Source: an archaeon (lineage in GTDB: Archaea > Nanobdellota > Nanobdellia > Pacearchaeales > GW2011-AR1). From it: DNA of 64,000 bases. The notes beneath the pieces were generated by a model. That model was not told where the DNA came from. It made no database searches and worked only from the letters and a program-made list of their open reading frames with translations. Below, one piece after another: positions 45,002-53,451 of this stretch (the stretch's first letter is position 1; every line of letters begins with the position of its first letter). The stretch is from NCBI GenBank assembly GCA_030605415.1, contig JAUWIJ010000006.1, positions 2,335 to 66,334 of the forward strand, in the 5' to 3' direction. The translations under genes were made by a program, and so were the position numbers.

Positions 45002-45784
45002 ATGTCAACTATTAGATTTGGTCCGGCGGGGATTGGTCCGGTGAAAGATGCGATTAGTAATTTGGAGATGTTTCATAAGTTGGGATTTAAATCCTGCGAG
45101 ATTGCATTTACTTATGGTCCGTATATTAAAGAAAAGGAAGATGCTATTGCGATTGGTGAAGTTGCGAAGAAGTGCGGAATTTGTTTATCAATACACGCAC
45201 CATACTATATTAATTTGAATTCAAAGGAGAGCGAGAAAATTGAGGCGTCGAAAAAGCGAATTTTAAAATGTTGCGAGGTTGGAAATTGGCTTGGTGTTAA
45301 AAGAGTTGTTTTTCATTCTGGGTTTTATTCTGGGATGAATTCCGTTGAGGCAGGTGTCAAAATTAAGGAGGGTATACTTGAGATGCAGGAAGTTATTAAG
45401 GAAAATAAATGGAGTGTTGAGTTGTGTCCCGAAGTTATGGGGAAGGTAAATGTTTTTGGGTCGATTGATGAAATTGGTGATTTGATTGACTCAACGGGGT
45501 GCGGGGCGTGTATCGATTTTGCGCATGTCTTGGCGAGATATGGTAAATATGAATTTGAGAAAATTAAAGAGATGTTCAAAATGAAAAAGTGGCATGTGCA
45601 TTTTTCCGGGATTGAGTTTGGGGAGAAGGGCGAGAAAAAACATTTGCTGACGCCGATTGAAGAGTGGAAAAAGATTTTGGAATTTTTAAAAGAGTTAGAT
45701 AAAGATGTGGTTTTAATTTGCGAAAGTCCGGATCCGGTTGGTGATTCGGTTGCTGGGATGAAAATTTGGGATGGAATGAAGTGA
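45002..45784 (+). CDS. Endonuclease IV-like / xylose-isomerase-like TIM-barrel protein
   Basis: IHAPYYINLNS, VVFHSG and IDFAH patterns resemble AP endonuclease family 2. Confidence 0.6.
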   Translation: MSTIRFGPAGIGPVKDAISNLEMFHKLGFKSCEIAFTYGPYIKEKEDAIAIGEVAKKCGICLSIHAPYYINLNSKESEKIEASKKRILKCCEVGNWLGVKRVVFHSGFYSGMNSVEAGVKIKEGILEMQEVIKENKWSVELCPEVMGKVNVFGSIDEIGDLIDSTGCGACIDFAHVLARYGKYEFEKIKEMFKMKKWHVHFSGIEFGEKGEKKHLLTPIEEWKKILEFLKELDKDVVLICESPDPVGDSVAGMKIWDGMK

Positions 45785-46051
45785 TTATTTCAATTGGTTT
45801 TCTTTTTCTAAGTTTTCTTTTTGTTGTTTTTCTTCTTCAAGCATTCTTTGTCTGAGGTCAGAAATTTTTTCCAGGATTCGTCTTGCTTTATCGGGGTCGT
45901 CTCGTGCAATATTTAGAACATACAAAATTTTTCGTAAAAGGTCGTCATAAGATTCCCTTTTGTATTCTCGGAGTTTTTCAATACGGAGTTTTGTTTCTTC
46001 CAGTAACTTTATCGTCGTGATTTTTTCTGCTGATGTTTTTTCTTTTATCAT
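45785..46051 (-). CDS. Antitoxin-like small protein (orphan paralog of 15370-15606)
   Basis: TIKLLEETKLRIEKLREYKRESYDDLL parallels TIQISSDTLERLKMLKRHERESYDFVL. No adjacent toxin gene. Confidence 0.4.
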   Translation of the reverse strand: MIKEKTSAEKITTIKLLEETKLRIEKLREYKRESYDDLLRKILYVLNIARDDPDKARRILEKISDLRQRMLEEEKQQKENLEKENQLK

Positions 46052-46183
46052 TTTTTTATTACTTATTTGGACAATGGTACGTATACGAAAGTATACTTTT
46101 TAAAGCTTTTTGTCTCTTTGTAATTACAACAATAACAAGGTTTAAATAGTTTTAAGAGAACAAAATATTAACTAAATTACAAA

Positions 46184-47383
46184 ATGAAAAATATGAAAAA
46201 AAATATGTTTTTAATTTCTTTTATTGCAGTTGTGATTTTAATGGCTGTAGGTTTTGCTTCGGCTGAACTTGCTGGTACTATTACTACTGATTTTAACAGT
46301 GTTGAGTTAGATTCTAATATTAATATGGTCGGCAATGTTAACGATGTTGTTCCAATTAGAGTTACATTTAACGCCATGGATAATGCAAGTGATGTTAAGG
46401 TAAAAGTTTATATGGAAGGTCATCGAGATGATGTCTCTGTTTCTACAAATAGATTCGACATTGAGGCGGGTATAACATATACAAAACTTTTGTCTTTGCG
46501 ATTACCTTCTGATTCTGACGATTTGTCTGAAGAATATACTCTCTATGTAGAGGTTATTTCTAAGGATGATCGAAGTGAAGAAGAATATAATATTAGTATG
46601 CAAAGAGAATCTTATTCTCTTGATGTATTGTCTGTTGACTATTCTTCGAAAGTCTTGGCTGGTGAAATTGTTTCTGTTTCTGTTGTTGTGAAAAACATTG
46701 GTTACAATAGGATGGATGATACTTATGTTGTTGTTTCAATTCCTGCGTTGGGTGTTTCTTCCCGAGGATATGTTGGGGATTTGATTCCTGCGGAAGATTA
46801 TGAAGATTATGAGGACGAAGAAGATTCTATGCTTAGAATGGTATACTTGAAAGTTCCGAAGAATACTGAATCTGGCGTTTACGAGTTGGAAGTTGAAGTT
46901 TACAATGACGATGCTGAAACTACTGTTACAAAGTTAATTAGTATTGGCGATTCTGTTTCGACTTTAGTTTTAGCTGCTATGAAGAATCAAGATTTGAGTG
47001 CGGGAGAAACAGTAACTTACGATTTGATTATTGTGAACTCTGCAGATGACGTTAAGGTTTTTGACATTAAGACTATTTCCGGGGATGTTTTGAGTGTGTC
47101 GGCTCCTTCAGTAATTACTGTTGGCCCAGATGCAAGCGAGACTGTTTCCGTTATGGTTAAGGCGGCAAATGATGCTGTGGTTGGAACTTATACTTTCTCT
47201 GTGGATGTTGATGGTGAGCAAACTGTTTTTGGTGCTAATGTTGTTGAGGCAGCCGTCTCGACTTCTGTTGTTGCTTTAACGGTAGTCCTTGTGATTATCT
47301 TTGTTGTACTCCTTGCAGTTTTGGTTGTTCTTCTTACAAGAAAAGAAAAGCCGATCGACGAAGTAGAAACTAGTTACTATTAG
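46184..47383 (+). CDS. Surface (S-layer-like) protein with signal peptide and C-terminal TM anchor
   Basis: N-terminal signal/TM, beta-rich repeats, an acidic patch, and a C-terminal hydrophobic anchor followed by a basic tail. Confidence 0.55.
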   Translation: MKNMKKNMFLISFIAVVILMAVGFASAELAGTITTDFNSVELDSNINMVGNVNDVVPIRVTFNAMDNASDVKVKVYMEGHRDDVSVSTNRFDIEAGITYTKLLSLRLPSDSDDLSEEYTLYVEVISKDDRSEEEYNISMQRESYSLDVLSVDYSSKVLAGEIVSVSVVVKNIGYNRMDDTYVVVSIPALGVSSRGYVGDLIPAEDYEDYEDEEDSMLRMVYLKVPKNTESGVYELEVEVYNDDAETTVTKLISIGDSVSTLVLAAMKNQDLSAGETVTYDLIIVNSADDVKVFDIKTISGDVLSVSAPSVITVGPDASETVSVMVKAANDAVVGTYTFSVDVDGEQTVFGANVVEAAVSTSVVALTVVLVIIFVVLLAVLVVLLTRKEKPIDEVETSYY

Positions 47384-47449
47384 TTTTGACAAGTAATTTT
47401 TATTTTTATTTTTATAATTCCCCCATTTAGGGGGTTGATTTTATTTTTA

Positions 47450-47672
47450 GTGAATTTAGGTCAGCTTCGCTGATAGTTGGGAGTTGGGGGTTTGGTGTTG
47501 GGAGTTAGGGAAGCGGGCACAGTGAGATAGTTTTTGGTTGTCATCTCACGTGCCAAGGGCGGTTCTAAGAGCGAATGAAATGAGCGGTCTGAGTTCTCAG
47601 TTCTGAGTTCTACGTTTCGGGAATAAAACGACCTATATTTTCAAACTAATTATTTTAGAAATGTTTTTCTGT
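47450..47672 (+). repeat. Composite repeat (copy R10) plus smc-3'-end-like tail
   Basis: Left end aatttaggtcagcttcgctgatag. Right part is ctaagagcgaatgaaatgagcggtctgagttctcag...aaaacgacct followed by ttcaaactaattattttagaaatgttttt. Confidence 0.85.
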
Positions 47673-50600
47673 AATTGTTTTTTGACTTTTTTATTTTCAA
47701 TAATGTAAAAAAATATTATTGTTAGAATTGCAAAAATGAGACTTAGTTTTGAAAAGAAATTTAATAGAACTGTATCGTGTCCGCACATAGTTTCTCTTAT
47801 TCTGTCGTCGCATCCTATGTCATCACTTGTATAATTAACAATTATTTTATCGTTTGTTTCATTGCATTCCCCGATTATGTTTCCAAAATAAGAACAGCTC
47901 TTGCCATCGATTGTGCTTTTGAAATTGCATTGATTAAATGTGTCATCCCAAACACATCCATATTCTTGACTTGTATCGCAACTAAAAGCTACGCAATCAT
48001 ATAGGAGTGCTTTGTAACAAGGGTCTATCTCACATGTTTCTTCGTTGTTGTATCCTGAGCAGGTGTTTGGAATGATGCTGCAATTTAGGCAAGTTCCGTC
48101 ATCGACGGAGGAGGGAGGGCAGGAAGTTCCATCACAATCCCACCCACATAATCCGGATTTAGATTGACTCCAATCATTACATATTGAGTATAAGTTGAAA
48201 GTTGAACAAATTTCGGAGTAGGGGTCTGCACAATATCCCTCATCTGGAATTGTTATGAAAGGACTTGGACATTCGCATTTGTTTTCTTTGTCTATGACAT
48301 CTTCTCCGAAGAAATTAATTCGGTGCATATAGCCGTCGTCTTCGCTGTAGTAGCAATGAGTTACAAGAAAGGGTATTTGAAAAAGATTATAGTTATCTTC
48401 TTCTCCGCTATCTCCTGAAGAAAGTATTTCGGCTATTTGATTATTTGAATCTAAGTCGAGAACAACTAAATATTCTCCATAACTGAAATCAAAGTCAAAA
48501 GTAAGTTTGGTTACTTCGTCTTCACTGATATAAAAAATAGCAGTTGTTTCTTTTAAAACTTCCCCATCTGGATTACTTCCGTTGATTAATTTAATTTCTA
48601 CTTCATATGAATTTCCAGCTAATTCTTCCCATGCAGAATCACTTCCCTCTATATTCCAGCTCAATGTAATTTCTTCATTTTTTGTAGAATTTAAGTTATC
48701 TAAGAAAATAATTTCTGGGTCGAATCTAACTGGGTTTATGTTGAACCAGTTTAAAGCATCTTTGTCTACATCTAAAATAAAATCTAAATCCTTATTTTTT
48801 GTGATAATTCCATCATCTGTTTTTAGATTTGCTTGGGTATTTATTTTAAGATTTTCCAGTATGGAACTAGCTACCCAAGGGTCGTAAGTAGCGTTTATCC
48901 AAAAAGTTATTTCTTTTGATTGCAATGGGTATAGGTGGATTGTTTGAGAAGGGTTTTTTGAAAAGGAGTTTCCGTCCCAACTTAACATGAAATTGTTTTC
49001 GTCACTCCAACTTCCGATGGTTAGGTCGATGTCGTTTTCGTAAAAACTTGGGTTGAAGATAACTATTTTTTCGCTATCTATTTGACTACCTATTCCAAAG
49101 TTTAATGTGTCATCGTAAGAATATGCGATATCTCCTGCTTTGAAGTAGGGAGATTTCACTATGCTTGCTATTTTTTTGTCTTTGAATGGTTCTGTAAGTT
49201 TGACGGAGTATAATTCGATATAACATTGACCCCCTTCTTCCTTGTATTCGTTCTTTATGGGAATAATGATAGTGTGTTCGGTTGTACTACCTTCGGTTAA
49301 TTCGGTTTTTCCCATTTTGGCGAATTCTGCGTCATCTAATATGATAGTGAAGTTGTCTATTTTTTCGCCGTTAAGATATAGTTCGGCTAAGAGTGCGTAG
49401 TCGCTTGGTTTTATTACAGGAGTGTATGCGTAACTGGTTGCGACGAGTAATTCTGTTGTCATATTAAAGACTGGTTGATATATTCCTTCAGGCGTTTTTT
49501 CTAACTGTATTCTTGGGTCAAATCTTAAAAATCCTAAGTAATCTACTTCGTCAGAACCGATTGGAGGCCAAGAAGGAGCGTGACTAGAATATGGGCTATC
49601 TCCATATACATACCTACGTCCTCTGAGGTGAGGAAATACTCCACCTTCGGGAATTATCATATCGTAGTAAATTGTCTTTTCTTCTCCTGGTAAGAAATCT
49701 ACATAATCTGTTTTCCTACTATCAAAACCATGAATATCTGTTCCGGCAGATCCAACTCCTCCAGTCCACATTAGTTCGGAATATATTCCCCTTGTTATTC
49801 TTATATTATTGAGGGGTATGCCAAAATCGTTTTTGAATGTAAAAGCTGCACTTATTTTATTTCCAGAATTGGCAACAAAATAAGGAGATTTTCCTGTGTT
49901 TTCATTTTTAAAAGTTTGACTAATTGCTCTTGGTTTCAGCATATTTTTTGCATCCTGCATATCTGAATCGATATAGAACCAGTTACCGAAAGAAGAAAAT
50001 AATGACTGATGCCCGTTTTCTCTAATTAAAGAATAAGCATAAAAAATACTTGATGCAAAATTATCTAAATTCATAACGGTTGTTACAGTGGGTTCTGTAT
50101 TTGGATAAAATCCATTATTGTATAAAGTAGATGAAGAATGTTCAGAATCTACTTTATTATCAATATAAAAAATTCCATCTGTTCTAACCTGAGAAGAGGC
50201 TCCCGAATATCTTGAATATGAACTAGGGGTGTTATTATATTGTGAGAGAGAACTATAAGAATATCCAGTCATACTTTCGGTAACTATATTTTGCGTTAAA
50301 TTAAAATCGTGAGTTAGGTATGCACAATGACTTCCAAAATTATGATAGAAGGTTACGAAAAATATTCTATAATCTCCGACTTTGTAATTGCATTTTGTGT
50401 AAACTTTATTTTCCTCGTTAGATGCTCTTACTATTAGGTATGGGATTGTTGATGTTCCTCCATATTCAAAATTATTGTAGTAAGTTCTTGCGGGCTGATA
50501 AACAGTATATTCGTAACTTGGATTTTGTGTTTCCCCGAGAACAAGATTATTATTTGTAATTTTCAAAAAAATACCCGTTTGTGCCGATTCATCCCAATTA

Positions 50601-50740
50601 TTAAAATCTTCATCATTATAACTGAAAATACAATCCTTTACAGCCATCTTTTTTTGATAGGCACTAACACTTGAACTTAAAAATATAATTATAAATAAGC
50701 AAAAAGCAATAGCGCATATTTTTATTTTTTTAGGATGCAT
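47633..50740 (-). CDS. Large secreted/anchored surface protein (1035 aa), Cys-rich C-terminal region
   Basis: Signal peptide, a long beta-rich ectodomain, about 40 Cys in the last 250 aa, a TM anchor, and a tail ...KNISKIISLKI that copies the smc C-terminus. Confidence 0.6.
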   Translation of the reverse strand: MHPKKIKICAIAFCLFIIIFLSSSVSAYQKKMAVKDCIFSYNDEDFNNWDESAQTGIFLKITNNNLVLGETQNPSYEYTVYQPARTYYNNFEYGGTSTIPYLIVRASNEENKVYTKCNYKVGDYRIFFVTFYHNFGSHCAYLTHDFNLTQNIVTESMTGYSYSSLSQYNNTPSSYSRYSGASSQVRTDGIFYIDNKVDSEHSSSTLYNNGFYPNTEPTVTTVMNLDNFASSIFYAYSLIRENGHQSLFSSFGNWFYIDSDMQDAKNMLKPRAISQTFKNENTGKSPYFVANSGNKISAAFTFKNDFGIPLNNIRITRGIYSELMWTGGVGSAGTDIHGFDSRKTDYVDFLPGEEKTIYYDMIIPEGGVFPHLRGRRYVYGDSPYSSHAPSWPPIGSDEVDYLGFLRFDPRIQLEKTPEGIYQPVFNMTTELLVATSYAYTPVIKPSDYALLAELYLNGEKIDNFTIILDDAEFAKMGKTELTEGSTTEHTIIIPIKNEYKEEGGQCYIELYSVKLTEPFKDKKIASIVKSPYFKAGDIAYSYDDTLNFGIGSQIDSEKIVIFNPSFYENDIDLTIGSWSDENNFMLSWDGNSFSKNPSQTIHLYPLQSKEITFWINATYDPWVASSILENLKINTQANLKTDDGIITKNKDLDFILDVDKDALNWFNINPVRFDPEIIFLDNLNSTKNEEITLSWNIEGSDSAWEELAGNSYEVEIKLINGSNPDGEVLKETTAIFYISEDEVTKLTFDFDFSYGEYLVVLDLDSNNQIAEILSSGDSGEEDNYNLFQIPFLVTHCYYSEDDGYMHRINFFGEDVIDKENKCECPSPFITIPDEGYCADPYSEICSTFNLYSICNDWSQSKSGLCGWDCDGTSCPPSSVDDGTCLNCSIIPNTCSGYNNEETCEIDPCYKALLYDCVAFSCDTSQEYGCVWDDTFNQCNFKSTIDGKSCSYFGNIIGECNETNDKIIVNYTSDDIGCDDRIRETMCGHDTVLLNFFSKLSLIFAILTIIFFYIIENKKVKKQLQKNISKIISLKI

Positions 50741-51242
50741 ATTGTCCTGGATAAAATCTATCTGTGTCTTGCGGGATACTTATAGGTATGTTATTTATTT
50801 CTATTTCACAATTTTGTTTTAAATCATCATCTTCAATTTGCCAACACAAATCTAATCTTATATTCATTATCGCTATTTTGTAAAAACATTCATCTTTCAA
50901 ATTTTCTATTTTTTCACATTTTTCTTCGATGTCTGGACTTGAAAAAAGCAAGTTACAGTTTAAATCAAATTCTTCCATTTCTAAACATTTTTCCATCTCC
51001 GCAATATCTTGGATGTTTTTCTGTGGTTCCTCATTTTTTGCAATTATTGTTTCAGAATTATCTTCAGAATCATCTGTAAAAATAAAATAAAAAGTCGCAA
51101 TTAATCCTATAAAGATTATCGCTGGGACTATTAGCCAAATTAACTTTGATTTATTAAAATTGGAAATATGGTTTGTAGTCAAATCGGAATTATAGTTCTG
51201 AATTTTTTGTGGTTGCTTTTCCATTTTTACCTCTACTAACAC
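50730..51242 (-). CDS. Hypothetical membrane-anchored protein, co-oriented with the large surface protein
   Basis: One TM helix and a Cys-containing acidic ectodomain. Overlaps the downstream gene start by 11 nt. Confidence 0.45.
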   Translation of the reverse strand: MLVEVKMEKQPQKIQNYNSDLTTNHISNFNKSKLIWLIVPAIIFIGLIATFYFIFTDDSEDNSETIIAKNEEPQKNIQDIAEMEKCLEMEEFDLNCNLLFSSPDIEEKCEKIENLKDECFYKIAIMNIRLDLCWQIEDDDLKQNCEIEINNIPISIPQDTDRFYPGQYAS

Positions 51243-51332
51243 AGGTTGAAACTCTTTTTATAATTATTGTTTACACTTTTCAAGATTATAAATAATAGAA
51301 GCAATTAAAAACATCTTTTTCTTATTTAGTTT

Positions 51333-51809
51333 ATGAAAACTGTCGCTGAAAAACGAGGTCTGTCTCCTGTGATAGCGAGTGTTCTTATGATATTATTGGT
51401 TTTAGTTTTGGCAGCTATAATTTTTTTGTGGGCACGTGGTTTTATTAGTGAGCAGATTGAGAAATTTGGGAAGCCAGTTGAGGAGTTGTGTTCGTCGGTA
51501 GATTTCAGTGCAGTAATTGTCGATAGTGGAGGATATAGTATTTTGGAAATTGTCAATAGGGGGAATGTGGACATTAGTGCATTTGAGATTAAGATGTATT
51601 CTGGTGGAGATTCTGAAATTGTTAGTTTTGATATAGGTGTTCCTGTTGGAAAATCGGTAAGTAGCGAGGTTGTTTTGGACGTTATGCAAAATGGCAATGT
51701 TCCGGATAAGGTTGAAATTTTTCCTGTATTAACTGGAAATGTTCGTGGTAAGAGTTCATATAAAGTTTTTACTTGTCGTGAATATCCTACTCCTTTGTTA
51801 GATTTTTAG
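51333..51809 (+). CDS. Archaeal type IV pilin-like protein (class III signal peptide)
   Basis: MKTVAEKRGLSPVIASVLMILLVLVLAAIIF matches the KRG|LSPVIA prepilin-peptidase site plus the hydrophobic helix. Confidence 0.7.
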   Translation: MKTVAEKRGLSPVIASVLMILLVLVLAAIIFLWARGFISEQIEKFGKPVEELCSSVDFSAVIVDSGGYSILEIVNRGNVDISAFEIKMYSGGDSEIVSFDIGVPVGKSVSSEVVLDVMQNGNVPDKVEIFPVLTGNVRGKSSYKVFTCREYPTPLLDF

Positions 51810-51837
51810 AGAGACTATTTTTGAGATGTTTAGAAAA

Positions 51838-52101
51838 TTAATTGCTTTCAATGAGTCTTTCAATTTTTGCCTTTTCCCGAATGTTCAGTGAAATTTCTAA
51901 TCCATAATTAGTTGGTTTTGATAATAGTAGTCCTTTTTTAAGAAGTTCCTCAATAGCTTTTTTGACCTCTTTCCCACTTCTGAGAAATTCCGGGAGACCT
52001 TTTGGAAGATTATGAATACTCGTATGTTTATGTAGCCACATTCTTTTTCTGACGAGCTTTCTTAAAATAAATTTCTTTACATCTTCTCTTTCATTATTCA
52101 T
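51838..52101 (-). CDS. Small winged-helix-like protein
   Basis: 87 aa, basic, with a helix-turn-helix-like centre. Weak. Confidence 0.4.
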   Translation of the reverse strand: MNNEREDVKKFILRKLVRKRMWLHKHTSIHNLPKGLPEFLRSGKEVKKAIEELLKKGLLLSKPTNYGLEISLNIREKAKIERLIESN

Positions 52102-52224
52102 AATTTATTATAACTTAATATGTTTAAAAGATTTTAGTAATTGCCCCGATTTGATAATCGCCAAAATAATAATCTAAGTTAATAAAATAGAAATGTTTAA
52201 ATACGTCCTTATTTTAAAGAAAAA

Positions 52225-52557
52225 ATGGAACAAGGAGAACAGAGTGTTTTTGTAGAATATTTTGGAGGTTCGCCATATATTAAGATTTTGGATTTTTTAA
52301 TTCAGGGACAGGATTTTGATTATGGTATGACAGAAATAGCTCGGGGAGCAGGAGTTGGATGGAGTGCCTTTAGCGGTGTTTGGATAAAACTTGTAGATAA
52401 AGAGATGGTTGTTCCGACGAGAGAAATTGGGAATGCAAAATTATTTAAATTAAATAAAGAAAATCCTTTTGTAAAGAAATTGATAAAATTAGATTGGGAA
52501 ATAACCAAGTTTGAGAATGATAAATTTTTGAAGAATTCAGCTCAGGTTATTGTTTAG
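52225..52557 (+). CDS. Winged-helix transcriptional regulator-like protein
   Basis: YGMTEIARGAGVGWSAFSGVWIKLVDKEMVVPTREIGNAKLFKLN fits a wHTH. Confidence 0.5.
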   Translation: MEQGEQSVFVEYFGGSPYIKILDFLIQGQDFDYGMTEIARGAGVGWSAFSGVWIKLVDKEMVVPTREIGNAKLFKLNKENPFVKKLIKLDWEITKFENDKFLKNSAQVIV

Positions 52558-52960
52558 ATTTTTAAGCTAACTATTTTTTAGTAAATTTAGGTCAGCTTCG
52601 CTTCCAAAATTCAGAACTCAGAACTCAGTACTCAGAACTTAGACGAGATCTCAGATCTCAGTACTCAGAACTTAGAGGGGGAACTGGGAACTGGGGAGCG
52701 GGGAACTGGGGGTAGGGAGCGGGGGGCGGGGGCAGGGGGGCGTGCCCCCGGGGCAGGGCTTTCGGGAGTGGTAGTTCTAAGTTCTCAGAGCGAAGCGGTC
52801 TCAGTTCTAAGAGCGAATGAAATGAGCGGTCTCAGTTCTGGAACAAAGAGCAAAGCGGTCTCAGTTCTCAGAGTGGAACGGTCTCAGTTCTAAGTTCTAG
52901 GAGAAGTGAAACGACCTAAACTTTTAAACTAACTATTTTTTAGATGTTTTCCTGCATTAT
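52558..52960 (+). repeat. Largest composite repeat (copy R11) plus smc-3'-end-like tail
   Basis: Left end aatttaggtcagcttcgct, cagaactcag words, an ~80-nt G-run core, complementary ctcagttctaag words, gtgaaacgacct, and then cttttaaactaactattttttagatgttttcctgcat. Confidence 0.85.
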
Positions 52961-53046
52961 GCTTCCTTTTTTAGAAAAAAAGGTTCCCTGGCACTTCGGT
53001 GGGTGCCTTCTGCGGAAGGCAAATCAAAAAACTTATATCGGTGAAA

Positions 53047-53067
53047 GTAACATTAAAAATGTTTCAT
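53047..53067. promoter_or_regulatory. 21-nt palindromic motif (copy 4) with no ORF downstream
   Basis: Identical to copy 1. At the position where nusA and dnaG have their ATG, this locus reads ctg. Confidence 0.5.
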
Positions 53068-53451
53068 GTTTTTCTCATGTGTCCGAAAAAACTGTGGGAG
53101 CTTCGCGTTGTAATCAATACAGTTATACCCTTACAGATTTATCATTACTTTCGGTTGGACTGGAAATATAAATCAATCACGTCCCGTGGCGACGTTCTAA
53201 CAAAATGTCCACTTTGATAATTTTCAAACTTCTTCGTCACCCACAAGTAGACCGACAATATTTATATAATTTTAAATCATTAAGAATATGTTATGAAAAT
53301 ATGTAGATTTAAGATTCCTGCCAAAAAGGTAATGTTTTTGTCAAATTTTCATGCCAAAAAGATCATAGAAAAAGATTACATCCTCGACGATATAAATATT
53401 ATTTCCTGCCAAGATAGTAAGGTTTTTAAATAAAGAATCTTTATTATAATT

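Noticed and set aside
46184-51242. Diversity-generating retroelement targeting the surface proteins (DGRs are known in DPANN archaea).
   Set aside because: There is no reverse transcriptase ORF in the window, and I found no template/variable repeat pair with A-specific differences.
52944-53217. ORFs 52944..53171 and 52999..53217.
   Set aside because: They overlap each other, span the palindromic promoter motif and GC hairpins, and have no recognisable domains. The region is treated as possible non-coding sequence instead.
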